Shown: positions 1-13,516 of the stretch, one piece after another | How positions within the stretch are numbered: the first letter of the stretch is position 1 | Layout of the letters: each line of letters begins with the position of its first letter | Assembly: GCA_965215005.1 (NCBI GenBank) | Contig: CBDCCZ010000006.1 | Span: 64,001-128,000 of the forward strand | Length of the DNA: 64,000 nt | Reading direction: 5' to 3' | Source: Kofleriaceae bacterium | GTDB taxonomy: Bacteria; Myxococcota_A; Polyangia; Haliangiales; Haliangiaceae | Notes under the pieces: model-generated | What the model was told of the DNA's origin: nothing | Database searches by the model: none | The model's input: the letters and a program-made list of their open reading frames with translations, nothing else | Program-made: the position numbers and the translations under genes

Positions 1-751
<751 letters not shown>

Positions 752-778
752 GAATTTGCAGAGGAAGATTGGACGAGC

Positions 779-807
779 TTTTTAGTCGGATAGGGTGCGG
801 CTGTCAA
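779..807 (-). promoter_or_regulatory. Sigma70-type promoter for tRNA-Leu
   Basis: Minus strand TTGACA (807-802), 17-nt spacer, TAAAAA (784-779), about 27 nt upstream of the tRNA 5' end. Confidence 0.7.
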
Positions 808-883
808 GGTGGTGTTCGGGGAAATCGGAGCTGTTGTCGGCGTCGTCAGGTGGTGCATAGTTGTCGTCCGATCGCCGGCTTCG

Positions 884-1552
884 ATGGAGTCTCCTAGCTT
901 TCACCGTCCTGCGCCTATGTCTCGCGCGGGGCTCGTTATGGCCCTGTATGGCGGGCTCTCGCTCGTCGCGATTTTGATATCGGCGGGGCGGGAGGACGTG
1001 GACATCTACCGCATCGAGGGGACGTCGACGGGATGGATGCTGCTGCTGAGTCCGCTGGTGGGCGTGGCGCTGGGGCTGTTGGTGGTGGGGCTGTCGCGGC
1101 TGGCGGTGGGTCGCTACGATTGGGCGCGGTCGCTGCATCACGACTTTCGCGAGCTGCTGGGGCCACTTACGCAGCGCGAGATCTTGGTGCTCGCGTTGGC
1201 GAGCTCGATCGGCGAAGAGCTGTTCTTTCGCGGTGCGCTGCAACCCTGGCTGGGAATCTGGCCGCAGGCGGTGTTGTTCGCGCTGCTGCACATCGGTCCA
1301 GGAATGCGTTTCTTGCCTTGGACGGCATCGGCGCTGGTGCTCGGGGCGACGTTTGGTCTGCTCTACCGCGGGACCGGTGATCTCGGCGCACCGATCGTTG
1401 CGCATTTCACAATCAATTATCTGAATCTGCACTTCATCGCTCGCACGGCCAATCCAGGTCGCATTGACGGCGGTGGCAGCGGCCGCTTTGGCAACGAATC
1501 GATGAGCGGCAGCTCGCAGACGCGCTCGGCGAATGCGGCAACGGACGCGTAG
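884..1552 (+). CDS. CPBP/CAAX (Abi) family intramembrane glutamic endopeptidase
   Basis: EELFFRG, FALLH and HFTINY motifs; several TM segments; start uncertain (884 or 918). Confidence 0.85.
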   Translation: MESPSFHRPAPMSRAGLVMALYGGLSLVAILISAGREDVDIYRIEGTSTGWMLLLSPLVGVALGLLVVGLSRLAVGRYDWARSLHHDFRELLGPLTQREILVLALASSIGEELFFRGALQPWLGIWPQAVLFALLHIGPGMRFLPWTASALVLGATFGLLYRGTGDLGAPIVAHFTINYLNLHFIARTANPGRIDGGGSGRFGNESMSGSSQTRSANAATDA

Positions 1553-1595
1553 GGGCAATGTTGCCCGCGGTCGCGGGCGCCGATACGGTACCGGC

Positions 1596-3269
1596 ATGGG
1601 CATTCGCTGGGTCGCCAGGGCGGCGCTGCTGGGTTGTCTCGCGGCGGGCGCGCCGGTCTCGGCCGACGAGACTTCGACCGGCGATAAGCTGCGCATCCTT
1701 TATTCGAGCCAGTTCACGTTCACCGACGGCGGGGTGCCGCTGGTGACGGTGGAGCTCATTGGCGGCGAAAGCAGCGCCAAGGTTTCGGCGACCGGCGGGG
1801 TTGTCGTGCAACCCGACGGCGCCGGCGGCGCGAGTATCGAGGCGGGCGATTCCGATGCGCCTTGGACGATCAGCATTGAAAACGGCCGGCCGGCGGTGGT
1901 CCGCGAGTGGACGGTGGTGGCGCGGCTTGCGCCCGAGGATGAAAAGGGCGCAGACGCCGAACAACGTCGCTGGCAGCGCCGTGGGTTGCGAGCAACGCGC
2001 TTCGAGGTGGGAACGGTCTTCGGGGTCGAAGGCGAGGTGATGGACACTCGCGAGCTATTGATCGCGGTGGACCCGGTTCGGGCGCCGGGTGGGGAGCGCA
2101 ATGCGCGGTCGCTGGCAACACGCTTTAAAGTAGAAACGTCGGTCTACACCGAGCTGGTCCGGCGCCCGCAAGGCACGATCGTTGCCCGGAGCGGCGCTAT
2201 CACCGTCCGCAATCCCTCAGTGCTGTGGTTTCAGCCGCGGCACCAGGAACGCACGATTGAGGTCGCCAACGTGCTGGTCGGCGCCGGCGGCTCGCAGCTG
2301 AGCACGCATCGCGAAGACCGCCGCTACTGGGGCAGCGTGTATGCGACGGTCGGCCGCGACGGCAAGCTCACGATCGTCAACGCGGTCGCAGCGGACAAGC
2401 TGCTGGCGGGACTGGTTCCCGCTGAGATGTATCCCGACGCGCCGATGGCCGCGCTCGAAGCGCAGGCGATCGCGGCTCGCACGGAGCTGATGGAGAAGCT
2501 CGGCACGAGGCATTTAGCCGACCCATTCTTGCTGTGCTCTTCGCAGCAGTGTCAGGTGTATTCGGGCGCGGGGCGCGAGCATCCGAGAACCTCAAAAGCA
2601 GTCGAAGCAACGCGCGGGATGGTCCTGATGCGCGACGGCGGCGGCCTGGTGGATGCGCGTTACAGCGCCGCCGATGGCGGCTTCAGCGAAAACAACGAAA
2701 CCATCTGGGGGGGAGCGCCGGATCCATCGCTACGAGGCGTGCTCGATCAGGCGCTGCAAGGAGCTCTGGCGAAGCGCTTCGCCGGCGGCATCAACGACGC
2801 CAACATCGGCGCATTTCTCGCCTTGCCGCCAGAGGCTACTTACTGCGGCCGAAGCAAGTGGTCCAAAGACCGCTGCCGCTGGCGTCGCCGTGTCGACGCT
2901 GCCGAGCTCAGTCGCGCGCTCGCGGCGCAGGCTCCGAACCTTGGTCGCGTGGTTGCGCTCGAGCCGCTATCGCGCGGCATCTCTGGCCGAATCAATCGAC
3001 TCGCGATCCGCGGCGATCGCGGTCGGCTGGTGATAGACGGCGAGCTCGAGATTCGTCGTCTACTGGGTGGCTTGCGCTCATCACTGTTCGTCGTCGAGTT
3101 GGAAGGGCCAGAAAAACGGCCCCACGGTTTCGTGCTGCGCGGCGGCGGGTTTGGCCACGGCGTGGGCATGAGCCAGCTCGGCGCGATCGGCATGGCGCTC
3201 GATGGTCGAGGTCGACTCGACATCTTGCGTCACTACTACCGGGGCAGCCGCGTACGGCGCCTATATTGA
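1596..3269 (+). CDS. SpoIID/LytB domain protein (secreted, peptidoglycan lytic enzyme-like)
   Basis: Signal peptide; VPAEM…ALEAQAIAART, CQVYSG, LRSSLF, GGGFGHGVGMSQLGA…ILRHYY motifs. Confidence 0.88.
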   Translation: MGIRWVARAALLGCLAAGAPVSADETSTGDKLRILYSSQFTFTDGGVPLVTVELIGGESSAKVSATGGVVVQPDGAGGASIEAGDSDAPWTISIENGRPAVVREWTVVARLAPEDEKGADAEQRRWQRRGLRATRFEVGTVFGVEGEVMDTRELLIAVDPVRAPGGERNARSLATRFKVETSVYTELVRRPQGTIVARSGAITVRNPSVLWFQPRHQERTIEVANVLVGAGGSQLSTHREDRRYWGSVYATVGRDGKLTIVNAVAADKLLAGLVPAEMYPDAPMAALEAQAIAARTELMEKLGTRHLADPFLLCSSQQCQVYSGAGREHPRTSKAVEATRGMVLMRDGGGLVDARYSAADGGFSENNETIWGGAPDPSLRGVLDQALQGALAKRFAGGINDANIGAFLALPPEATYCGRSKWSKDRCRWRRRVDAAELSRALAAQAPNLGRVVALEPLSRGISGRINRLAIRGDRGRLVIDGELEIRRLLGGLRSSLFVVELEGPEKRPHGFVLRGGGFGHGVGMSQLGAIGMALDGRGRLDILRHYYRGSRVRRLY

Positions 3270-3394
3270 AATTTTTCAGCCCGAAACCGCTTTTAGAAGA
3301 CCTCTCGTTGACGAGTCTACAGCGGCCGTCGTGAATAGAGACAACGGGGCAACTTTGGGACGCGCCCGGGACCGCAACAGGAGGCTGTATTGCT

Positions 3395-3607
3395 ATGGCT
3401 ATTGGCACAGTGAAATGGTTCAACGACGCAAAGGGGTATGGGTTCATCCAGAAGGAGGATGGGCGGGACGTCTTCGTGCACTACTCATCTATCGAGGGTG
3501 ATGGGTTTCGCACGCTGAATCAGGGGCAGCAGGTAAATTATGAGGAAGTCGATGGTCCCAAGGGTCTCTACGCGGCTCATGTAACCAAGGAGATGGGCGC
3601 TAACTAA
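3395..3607 (+). CDS. cspA: Cold-shock protein (CspA family)
   Basis: [15 protein letters not shown] and DVFVHYS RNP motifs; AGGAGG RBS upstream. Confidence 0.95.
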   Translation: MAIGTVKWFNDAKGYGFIQKEDGRDVFVHYSSIEGDGFRTLNQGQQVNYEEVDGPKGLYAAHVTKEMGAN

Positions 3608-3718
3608 AAAGTGTCATCTTCGTAAGGTGTCTAACGTACAGATAGGCCTGCACCCGGTACATTAGGCATCCTAAGGCTGGAGCCAAGAAGTAGGCGCCAG
3701 GCACCACGATTTGCGGGG

Positions 3719-3767
3719 CAGAGCCACTATCCGCGAGGGGGACCCGATAGTGGCTCTGGCTTTTTTT
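3719..3767 (+). terminator. Intrinsic terminator downstream of the csp gene
   Basis: 13-bp perfect stem CAGAGCCACTATC / GATAGTGGCTCTG followed by GC-TTTTTTT. Confidence 0.8.
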
Positions 3768-3925
3768 GACGCATCGAGCCAAGGCGTCACGGCCGAGCTT
3801 CGGGGGGAGCTCGGTCGTGGCGCCTTTCTCACGTCGAGTCTGTCGCATGGCCCATGCCGCTGCAGCCACACGAGGAGACTGCTTAGCAGTGGCAAGGTGT
3901 CTTGCTAGCGTCTCGGAGGTTCAGC

Positions 3926-5629
3926 TCACGGGCCTTGAGCCCCGCGTGAGCTCGAGCCGCTGCGCCGCGTTGAACTGTCGGGAAACCAGCCACGCGAGTC
4001 GCCGTCTTTCTCGGCCGGCGCTTTGCTGAGGATGAACGGCTCGGCGTTGAACGTGCCGCACTGACGCTCGTTGCGGTAGAAGCCCCAATGCATGTACGCG
4101 CGCCCGTCCGGCGAGCGAATCACCTCCGGCGGCGGCTCGAAGGGTGCCGACGAATAGATCACGTCGATCGCCGCGACGTCGAAGGTGCTGAGCCCGGAGG
4201 TCCTAACGATGGTCGTCTTGTGCAGCGAGCCGTCTGCGTTGACGACGATCTCGAGCTGCACCATCAGCTCGGGATTGTTGAGCGGATGGCTCGCGCGTTT
4301 GCTGGCGAGATCCTCAAGGAAGCCAAATCCCCACCGCTCGTGGATGCTCTGATGCATTCGCGCGAGGTAGACGGCAAACGGCGCCGCTCGCGTCTTCAGT
4401 GCCGTTTGATTTCCTGGCCGTACCTCGGGTGTGAAGTTCTCCAGCGATGACTTGATCGCCCCGAGTTTTTTCTCCCAGCGGCCTCGTCGCGCCGACTTCT
4501 GCCGCCTTCCCACCTCGCGCTCGCTCGCGACCTGATCCTTGCCGACAATGCGCTCGTAATCGTTCATGTCGAGCTGCGTCTTCAGCCCCGGACTGCCCTT
4601 CTTGCCGCGCTTGCCCGGATCACCCGAGCGCGGCCTCTCGATGAGACCGCCGCGCCCTTCAATGCCGCGCATCGACAGCGCACCTTTTTTTTGCGGCGCC
4701 TCCTGCCCCTCGTCGCCGCCCTCGCCGCCCTCTCCGGCTGCGGCCTGCTCTCGGGCCTCACCGGCGTTCGTCCTGGCTTCGCTGGCGCGAAACTCGCGCG
4801 CCGCCTTGATGTCCTCCAGCTGCGCAATCTGCTCTTCTTCGGCGCCGACCTCTTCACTCGAGATATCGCTTTTGGACGACGCGGCCTGCTCTCCCTGCTG
4901 CGCTCGCTCGAGATTGGTTTCCGTGGCCCGCGTTTCTTCGGCGACATCGCGATTCTTGTCGGAGAGAAAGCGCGCGTCGTTAGGCGCGTCCTCGACCAGG
5001 TTCTCGTCGGCCACCTCCACCGATTTGAGGTTTTCCTGCTCAACCGGCGGTGGCGGCGGCGCTTGCTCACGCGGCGCTTCAGGGGGCGGCTCGGGCGGCG
5101 GCGATGGCTTCGGCGGTGGCGGCACCACCGCAACTGGCTCGAGCAGCCGCTCGGCCTCGATCTCCGGCTCTGGCAGCGTCACCGTGAGCTCCTCGTCCGC
5201 CGCCTCAGGCGCCTGTTGCCAAGCAACCTCCACCGCGTCGGGAACGAGTCCCAGCTCGACCTTCACGTGCACGGTGGCGTCGAGAGTGACGCGGCATTGA
5301 CTCGGAAGGCTCTCGTCCATTTCGCAGCCGTCCCAGCCACCAAACGTGCTGCCCTCATCGGTGATCACGGTGAGCTGAACGACGTCTCCCGTCTCGAACG
5401 AAGCGCTACAAGCCGAGCCGCAGTCGATACCGGCCGGAAGCGAGACGACCTTCCCTTCTCCGTCACCGATTAGCTCGACGATGAGTCGCGGCTTTGGTTC
5501 TGGCCTTGCCAGCTCGTAAACTAGCAACAGGCCTGCTTGCGCGACGAGCGAGGCCAGCGCTGCCGGCGCCAGCACCCACGGTCTGCGATATAAACGTCGT
5601 CGCGCCACGAGGATGGCCAGAGGCTGCAC
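3926..5629 (-). CDS. TonB-family protein: N-terminal TM, Cys-containing Ig/InlB-B-repeat-like domain, Pro-rich linker, TonB C-terminal domain
   Basis: GEGKVVSLPAGIDCGSACSASF…FGGWDGC; PPPPKPSPPPEPPP; IVVNADGSL…RTSGLSTFDVAAIDVIYSSAPFEPPP; start GTG 5629 inferred. Confidence 0.75.
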   Translation of the reverse strand: MQPLAILVARRRLYRRPWVLAPAALASLVAQAGLLLVYELARPEPKPRLIVELIGDGEGKVVSLPAGIDCGSACSASFETGDVVQLTVITDEGSTFGGWDGCEMDESLPSQCRVTLDATVHVKVELGLVPDAVEVAWQQAPEAADEELTVTLPEPEIEAERLLEPVAVVPPPPKPSPPPEPPPEAPREQAPPPPPVEQENLKSVEVADENLVEDAPNDARFLSDKNRDVAEETRATETNLERAQQGEQAASSKSDISSEEVGAEEEQIAQLEDIKAAREFRASEARTNAGEAREQAAAGEGGEGGDEGQEAPQKKGALSMRGIEGRGGLIERPRSGDPGKRGKKGSPGLKTQLDMNDYERIVGKDQVASEREVGRRQKSARRGRWEKKLGAIKSSLENFTPEVRPGNQTALKTRAAPFAVYLARMHQSIHERWGFGFLEDLASKRASHPLNNPELMVQLEIVVNADGSLHKTTIVRTSGLSTFDVAAIDVIYSSAPFEPPPEVIRSPDGRAYMHWGFYRNERQCGTFNAEPFILSKAPAEKDGDSRGWFPDSSTRRSGSSSRGAQGP

Positions 5630-5809
5630 GAACCGCGCCTTGAAAGGCGTGCTGCGGTATAGCAACGGCCGGGTGACGCGACAAGGCTTCCGGGCCGTTG
5701 CGTGGCCAGGGCTCCGCTTCGAACACTGCTCCCAACGGCTCACGCATTAGCGCACCGCCGGTGAGTCGTAACGCGGCAGCTCTTCTAGCGGTTCCCGAGT
5801 TTCCCTCCG

Positions 5810-6475
5810 CTAGAGCTTGCGATACACGCCGACCACCAGACCGATGATGTCGACCGAGCGAAACTCGTCGCGACGAACGATGATCGGCTTCATCGCCGCG
5901 TTCGCGGGTTCGAAGCGGATGTAGTCCTTCTCGGGATAGTAGCGCTTGACCGTCGCCTCCCCCTCGATCATCGCGACCACGATGTCGCCACGACTGGCGG
6001 TCGCGGTTTTCTTCACGAACACATAGTCGCCATCGAAGATGCCGTCTTCGATCATCGACTCCCCCACCACGCGCAGTCCGAATACTTCGCGGTGTGCACC
6101 GACGAAAAATCGATCGACCTTGACCGTGTCTTCGACATTCTCGACCGCTAGAATGGGCTGTCCGGCGGCAACCCGGCCCAAGATGGGGATCTCGCAAAAC
6201 TCTTGCCCAAGCCCCGCCAGCGGGATGACGTTCGACGGTGACGTCTTCTTCTTGCTCGCCACCTTCACCGGGCGCATCGCGCGCGACTTGAGATCTTCCC
6301 GCCGCAGGTGTCCCTTTTTCTCCAGCGCCTTGAGATGGTCGTTGACACCGTTGGTCGAGCGGATGCCGAAGTGCATCCCGATCTCTCGCAAGGTAGGCGG
6401 AAAACCGCGGTCGTTGATCGAGCCGCTGATGAAATCCAGAATCTGCTGTTGACGTAGAGTGAGTGCTTCGGGCAT
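5810..6475 (-). CDS. lexA: LexA SOS repressor
   Basis: LTLRQQQIL…[10 protein letters not shown]…HLKALEKKG wHTH; GRVAAG Ala-Gly cleavage site; GESM (Ser) and TVKR (Lys) dyad. Confidence 0.97.
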   Translation of the reverse strand: MPEALTLRQQQILDFISGSINDRGFPPTLREIGMHFGIRSTNGVNDHLKALEKKGHLRREDLKSRAMRPVKVASKKKTSPSNVIPLAGLGQEFCEIPILGRVAAGQPILAVENVEDTVKVDRFFVGAHREVFGLRVVGESMIEDGIFDGDYVFVKKTATASRGDIVVAMIEGEATVKRYYPEKDYIRFEPANAAMKPIIVRRDEFRSVDIIGLVVGVYRKL

Positions 6476-6522
6476 CTGCGGTTCCTCCGCACCTTTCTGG
6501 CCACGGCCGAGCATTTCGCTTA

Positions 6523-6548
6523 CCTGAACAATTGCACCGTACTGAACA
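6523..6548. promoter_or_regulatory. Candidate LexA operator(s) upstream of lexA
   Basis: Two CTGAACA (GTTCAG on minus strand) half-sites at 6524 and 6542, resembling the Myxococcus-type LexA box that ends in GTTCAG. Confidence 0.55.
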
Positions 6549-6558
6549 AAAGGTGGGG

Positions 6559-7536
6559 ATGTCAAATTACCGGCGCAGCGAGCGCCGCTCGGTCACCCGC
6601 CTCGCTGCAATCATTCTTGTGCTCGCCCTTGCTGTGGCCTCACGCGGCGCCGCGGCACCGCCTCCGCCGCAAGCTGCGCCCACCCGCGCCACTGTTTTGA
6701 CCAACCGCATCACTGCCGCCTACCTGCGCGGCGATGAAGATGCGCTGGCCCGTCTTGGTGCCGCCGCCTCGGCCACGGTTCTGGAAACCATGCTCAATTC
6801 CTCCGAATCTTCTCGCGTGCTCGCAGCGCTCGAAGCAGCGCCAGCGGCCCCCGATTCTTGGGCGCTGCTCGCCCGGCTCGCCGATCTCGCCGAAGCCCGC
6901 GACCGCATGATCGCCGCCCCCGCCGCGCGTCGCGCTGCGATCATCGCCGCGCGTCTCGATCGCGAGCTGCTCTTGCTCCACGACGTGCCCGACGACGACA
7001 CCCGCTACCTCCTCAGTCGATGGCGAGAGCTCGGCGCGCGCCCCGACCGCTGGGCCGACGTTCGCGTTCACGCGCTCGAGGTCTCGCTCGCCATCGCCGA
7101 CGCTCTGGGTGGCGACGCGCTTCCCGAAGACGTGGCATTCGACGTCGAAGCGCGGCTTGCCGACGCCGATCCCGAGGTGCGCCGAACCGCCGCGGAGCTG
7201 CTGCCAACCCCACTAACGCCGGCGCAGCGCGAGGCTGTTGCAGCGCTGGTGCGCGATGATCCGCAGCCTGAGGTGGCGCTCGCTGCCGCGCAGGCATTGT
7301 GCTCTGGGCTCGCCGCTGGCGACCCGGCCAAGCCGGCGATTCGCGCCTTGGGAGCCGCTGGCCTGGCCCGAATTCGTGCCGTGATCGCCAAACCCACCGC
7401 GGCCCCCGTTGCCGCAGTAGACGCCGCGCGTTGCCTGCTCGCCGATGCCTCGCCGCCGAGCCTTCTCGCTGTGGAGCGCTTGCAAGCGCGCTTGCCGCCC
7501 TATCTGGCCGCCGCGCTCACCGAGGAAGGCCGATGA
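6559..7536 (+). CDS. Exported HEAT-repeat-like protein
   Basis: Signal-like N-terminus; [16 protein letters not shown] and [19 protein letters not shown] motifs; stop overlaps murJ start (ATGA). Confidence 0.65.
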   Translation: MSNYRRSERRSVTRLAAIILVLALAVASRGAAAPPPPQAAPTRATVLTNRITAAYLRGDEDALARLGAAASATVLETMLNSSESSRVLAALEAAPAAPDSWALLARLADLAEARDRMIAAPAARRAAIIAARLDRELLLLHDVPDDDTRYLLSRWRELGARPDRWADVRVHALEVSLAIADALGGDALPEDVAFDVEARLADADPEVRRTAAELLPTPLTPAQREAVAALVRDDPQPEVALAAAQALCSGLAAGDPAKPAIRALGAAGLARIRAVIAKPTAAPVAAVDAARCLLADASPPSLLAVERLQARLPPYLAAALTEEGR

Positions 7537-9158
7537 CCAGCAAGAGCCCGCTGCCGCCGACGATGGGGCCCATGGCCAAGCCGCCGCGCCTGGCTCGCGC
7601 CGCGGGCCTGATCGGCGCCGCGACCATGCTCTCGCGCATCCTGGGCCTGGCGCGCGAGCAGCTATTCGCTGCGTTGCTCGGCGCCACCGCCATGGCCGAC
7701 GCGTTCAACGTTGCCTTTCGGATTCCAAACCTGCTCCGCGACCTCTTTGCCGAAGGCGCACTTGCGCAGGCCTTCGTACCCACGTTCAAGGACAAGCTGC
7801 GCAATCGCGGCAAGGACGAGGCATTTGCATTGGCCAATCGCGTGGCCGGGACCATCGTCATCATCATTGCGCTCATCGTTCTCGTGGCTGCGCTGGTGGC
7901 GCCGCAGATCGTTGGAGTCATGGCCAGCGAGTTCGCCGGCGTCCCAGGCAAGTACTCGCTTACCGTCTTGCTTACGCGCATCATGCTGCCGTTCTTGGCC
8001 ATTGTGTCCATGGCAGCGGTGGCAATGGGCATGCTCAATGCGCAGGATCGCTACACCGCCCCAGCGCTAGCGCCCGCCATGTTCAATGTCATGAGTATCG
8101 GCACCGGGTTGGTGATCTGGCTTGGCGGCGTGACTGGCTCGTGGATCGCCATCGGCTGGTCGATAGGCACCCTGCTCGGTGGGCTCGCGCAGCTCGGTGT
8201 GCAGCTGCCGTCGCTGTTTCGCACCGGCTTTCGCCTGCGGCCAGCGCTCGATTTGCGGCTGCGCGATGAGGGCGTGCGGCGCGTGGCGTGGCTGATGGCT
8301 CCCGCGGTCGCCGGGCTTGCCGCGGTACAAGTCAATATCTTCGTCAATACCATGTTCGCGACCACCGAGCCCGGCGCGGTCTCGTGGCTCAATTATGCCT
8401 TTCGCTTCTTGCAGTTGCCTATTGGCGTCTTTGGCGTCGCCATTGGAACCGTCTCCACTACCCGCTACGCCGATGCCGCCGCCGATGACGACCCGCAGGC
8501 GCTCAGCGCTCACTTCACGGACGGACTGCGGTTGGTTGCGTTTCTCACCATTCCCGCGACCGTTGGCTTATGGCTGTTGGGCGAGCCAATTATCCGGCTC
8601 ATCTTCGAGCGCGGCCGTTTTGCGCCATTCGATACCGACATGACGACGGTGGCGCTGAAGTTCTTTGTGATCGGCTTGGTGTTTTACGCCGGTGTCAAGG
8701 TGGCTGCGCCGGCGTTTTACGCGGTGCGGCGGGCCCGAATAGCAGTGTATGCCTCCCTATTAGCCGTTGCAGGCAACCTGATCATAAACATTACGCTTCA
8801 TCCGCACTTCGGCTTTCGTATTCTGGCCTTTGGAACCGCCGTCGCGGCGATTCTGAACTTCACGATCCTCTATTCGTCGTTTGCTCGGCTGGTCGCACCG
8901 ATCAAACACCTCCCGCTCGCGTTTCACGTCCTGCGGGTGGTGGGCGCCTCACTGACCATGGGCGCGGTGGTGTTCTTGGTGCGCGGCGTCGTCCATGATC
9001 ACCTCGGCACCGAAGGCCTTTGGGTGCGGCTGCTCGCGGTTGGCGCTCCCATCGCGGCGGGTGTGCTGATCTACGCAGGCGCGTGCCGGCTGCTTGGCGT
9101 CGAGGAGCTCGAGCACTTCAGCGCTAAGCTGGCTCGCCGCTTCCGAGCACGCGGGTAG
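7533..9158 (+). CDS. murJ: Lipid II flippase MurJ (MviN)
   Basis: [45 protein letters not shown]; many TM helices. Confidence 0.95.
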   Translation: MTSKSPLPPTMGPMAKPPRLARAAGLIGAATMLSRILGLAREQLFAALLGATAMADAFNVAFRIPNLLRDLFAEGALAQAFVPTFKDKLRNRGKDEAFALANRVAGTIVIIIALIVLVAALVAPQIVGVMASEFAGVPGKYSLTVLLTRIMLPFLAIVSMAAVAMGMLNAQDRYTAPALAPAMFNVMSIGTGLVIWLGGVTGSWIAIGWSIGTLLGGLAQLGVQLPSLFRTGFRLRPALDLRLRDEGVRRVAWLMAPAVAGLAAVQVNIFVNTMFATTEPGAVSWLNYAFRFLQLPIGVFGVAIGTVSTTRYADAAADDDPQALSAHFTDGLRLVAFLTIPATVGLWLLGEPIIRLIFERGRFAPFDTDMTTVALKFFVIGLVFYAGVKVAAPAFYAVRRARIAVYASLLAVAGNLIINITLHPHFGFRILAFGTAVAAILNFTILYSSFARLVAPIKHLPLAFHVLRVVGASLTMGAVVFLVRGVVHDHLGTEGLWVRLLAVGAPIAAGVLIYAGACRLLGVEELEHFSAKLARRFRARG

Positions 9159-9200
9159 AGGAGGCTGGCGCCTGCGCCCGAGTTTGTGCATCTTGCTGGG

Positions 9201-11210
<2,010 letters not shown>

Positions 11211-11219
11211 GCGCGACCG

Positions 11220-12731
11220 CTACAGCTCGTGCGGCATTTGCCGGCGCGGCGAACGAAAATACCGCAGCGGCGAGTAACTCAAGAAGTTCGACACTCGACT
11301 GGTGTAGAGGTCCGCGTAGTCGTTGACCTGCTCGCCAAAGCGGCTGTTTTCGTGACCCTCACGCAGGATCGGACCCCAATGGGGGTTATAGGTGCGATCG
11401 ATCGATGCTTCGAGAGCATCGCACTCCTCTTGCATGACACGCGCACGCATGCGCAGCGAGTCGAGCGTTTGCTTGACCTGCGAGCGCGCCTCCTCCAGCC
11501 GCGGGCGCAGCTCAGCGATATCATCGCCATCGCCGTCGACTAGCTTTTGCAGCCGCTTGAGCATCAGCACTTGATAGTCGATCTCCGACTCGATGTTGCG
11601 GCGGCGGCGGTCGAGCAGATCGAGGTCGCGGATCTCGCGCTCGAGCCGCTGCGACATGCCCTGCTCGACCTCGAGCTCCTGCAGCACCATGGCGGTGCGC
11701 CACGTGTGCCCTTTACGCAGCTTGAGGATGTCGCCGTAGATGTGATCGCCGATGTAGAGGACGCGCTCACCGCGCACCCCGGTCATGTCTTCGAAGTCCA
11801 AGATGTTGCCACCTTGATAGACCCGATCGCGGCTAAGCCGCTTGACCTGCCCTTCGATAGCGTTGCCGGTGATGGGGTCGAGCGCGACGAATGGCTCGCG
11901 CAAAGTAAAGAAGCCAGGTTTTCGGCCTCCGCAGATGGCGACGTCGAAGTAGTTGCGCCACGATGGATACGCGCGCCGCTCGCCGTCGAGAAGGTACGAC
12001 ATGACGGCGTTGGTGTAGTCGTAATAGGAGTTTGTGAGCAGAAACAGCTTCTTGCCCGATGAGCGCAGCTTGTGAAGCGTTTCCGCTAAGTTGGGATCTT
12101 TGACGATGAATCCCGGCAAATCGGCTTTGATCACCGACTTGAGAGTCTCGTCGCGATGCGCCTCATCGATGCTGGCGCGGATGTCATCGAAGAGCTCTTC
12201 GTAACTCGGACCATTCGGCTCGCTGTCAAAATAGTCGACGAGCGTCATGTACATGACGGCTTCCGGCAGTCCGAACAAGGTGTCGATCCAGGCGTAGCGG
12301 GGCTTGGAGAGATTGATGCGAGTGTTGCGATAGAGGTCGTGGCGCTCCTGCCGACTCAGCATGCGGAAGCCGTGATAGACGCGGCCAACATAGGCATGCC
12401 GGTCCATCTTGAAGACGTTGCCGAGCTCGCGATCGACCACCAAGCCGCGAATCGCGTAAGCGGGCTCGTAGTGGAGCGCGCGCAGGGTTTTGGGATAGTC
12501 GCGGTTCTTGATGAGCTTATCGATGGTGAGCTCGATGGAGAGCCGCTCGAGCCGCTCCTGATGATACAGCGCCAACGTGTAGTCCATGTCGAAGCCGATC
12601 AGCTCGATGGACGCAAGATTGGTGTTGCGATTGCAGTAGATGCGACTCTTGCGGGAGACGTCGATCTCGCTTCGGACATCACCGAGGAGCGCCGCCACCT
12701 GGGTCTCGACGTCATGGGCGGTTCGCGCCAT
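11220..12731 (-). CDS. HAD-IG family 5'-nucleotidase (cN-II-like)
   Basis: [30 protein letters not shown] motifs; [15 protein letters not shown]-terminus. Confidence 0.93.
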   Translation of the reverse strand: MARTAHDVETQVAALLGDVRSEIDVSRKSRIYCNRNTNLASIELIGFDMDYTLALYHQERLERLSIELTIDKLIKNRDYPKTLRALHYEPAYAIRGLVVDRELGNVFKMDRHAYVGRVYHGFRMLSRQERHDLYRNTRINLSKPRYAWIDTLFGLPEAVMYMTLVDYFDSEPNGPSYEELFDDIRASIDEAHRDETLKSVIKADLPGFIVKDPNLAETLHKLRSSGKKLFLLTNSYYDYTNAVMSYLLDGERRAYPSWRNYFDVAICGGRKPGFFTLREPFVALDPITGNAIEGQVKRLSRDRVYQGGNILDFEDMTGVRGERVLYIGDHIYGDILKLRKGHTWRTAMVLQELEVEQGMSQRLEREIRDLDLLDRRRRNIESEIDYQVLMLKRLQKLVDGDGDDIAELRPRLEEARSQVKQTLDSLRMRARVMQEECDALEASIDRTYNPHWGPILREGHENSRFGEQVNDYADLYTSRVSNFLSYSPLRYFRSPRRQMPHEL

Positions 12732-12930
12732 CGCTTCATGGTACCGCAGTCGCGGTAGGCGCAGTAGCCGCAGGCTGCTGCGGCGTTGGTGTGCGAAGCC
12801 ACTTCGCGACGCGCTCCCGAGCCGCCAGCGGGATGCTTCGAGGTAAGAATCTGCGCAGGTTTGCCGCATCTTCGGATGCAGCGCGCGGTTGCGTTGAATC
12901 CGTCAGGGCGCCCTGCTAGGGTCCGAGCGC

Positions 12931-13503
12931 ATGTCCTCTAGCGATGCTCCCTCAGCGCGTTTCAATCGCAAGGAGGATCCATTCGTCGAGCTCATCTCCG
13001 CGACCGCCATCGCGGAGCGCGTCGCGCTTCTCGGCGCTACGATCACCGCGGATTACCAGCGCCTCGGCGGCGACCTCGTGCTGGTTGGAGTGCTCAAGGG
13101 CTCCGTTATCTTCTTAGCGGATCTAGCGCGACAGATCGCGCTGCCCTGCACCTTGGAGTTCATCGGCATCGCCAGTTATGGCGACCAAACGAATTCCTCG
13201 GGAGTCGTGCAGATCACCAGCGATGTATCGCGTCCGGTGGCGGGTAAGCACGTTCTCATCGTCGAGGACATCATCGATACCGGGCTCACCGCCCATTATT
13301 TGATCGACAACCTCGCGACCCGAAGGCCGGCGAGCGTTCGGCTCTGCTCGCTATTGCACAAACCCGATCGCGCCGAGAAGCACGTCAACATCGACTATCT
13401 CGGCTTCACCGTGCCCAACAAGTTCGTCGTCGGCTACGGGCTGGATATTGCGCAGCAGTACCGCAACCTTCCGTTCATCGGCTACGTAGACGAGCGGGAC
13501 TAA
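12931..13503 (+). CDS. hpt: Hypoxanthine phosphoribosyltransferase
   Basis: [28 protein letters not shown]…YRNLPFI. Confidence 0.96.
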   Translation: MSSSDAPSARFNRKEDPFVELISATAIAERVALLGATITADYQRLGGDLVLVGVLKGSVIFLADLARQIALPCTLEFIGIASYGDQTNSSGVVQITSDVSRPVAGKHVLIVEDIIDTGLTAHYLIDNLATRRPASVRLCSLLHKPDRAEKHVNIDYLGFTVPNKFVVGYGLDIAQQYRNLPFIGYVDERD

Positions 13504-13516
13504 CCGGCAGGAGCGT

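Noticed and set aside
884..1552. CPBP protease as the myxosortase processing the MYXO-CTERM protein
   Set aside because: Same broad family, but I see no subfamily-specific evidence and it is 34 kb away; an HMM comparison would be needed.
3608..3767. Pxr sRNA or a sigma54 promoter after csp
   Set aside because: No recognisable Pxr sequence or context; GGCACCACGATTTGC has 11-nt rather than 10-nt spacing.
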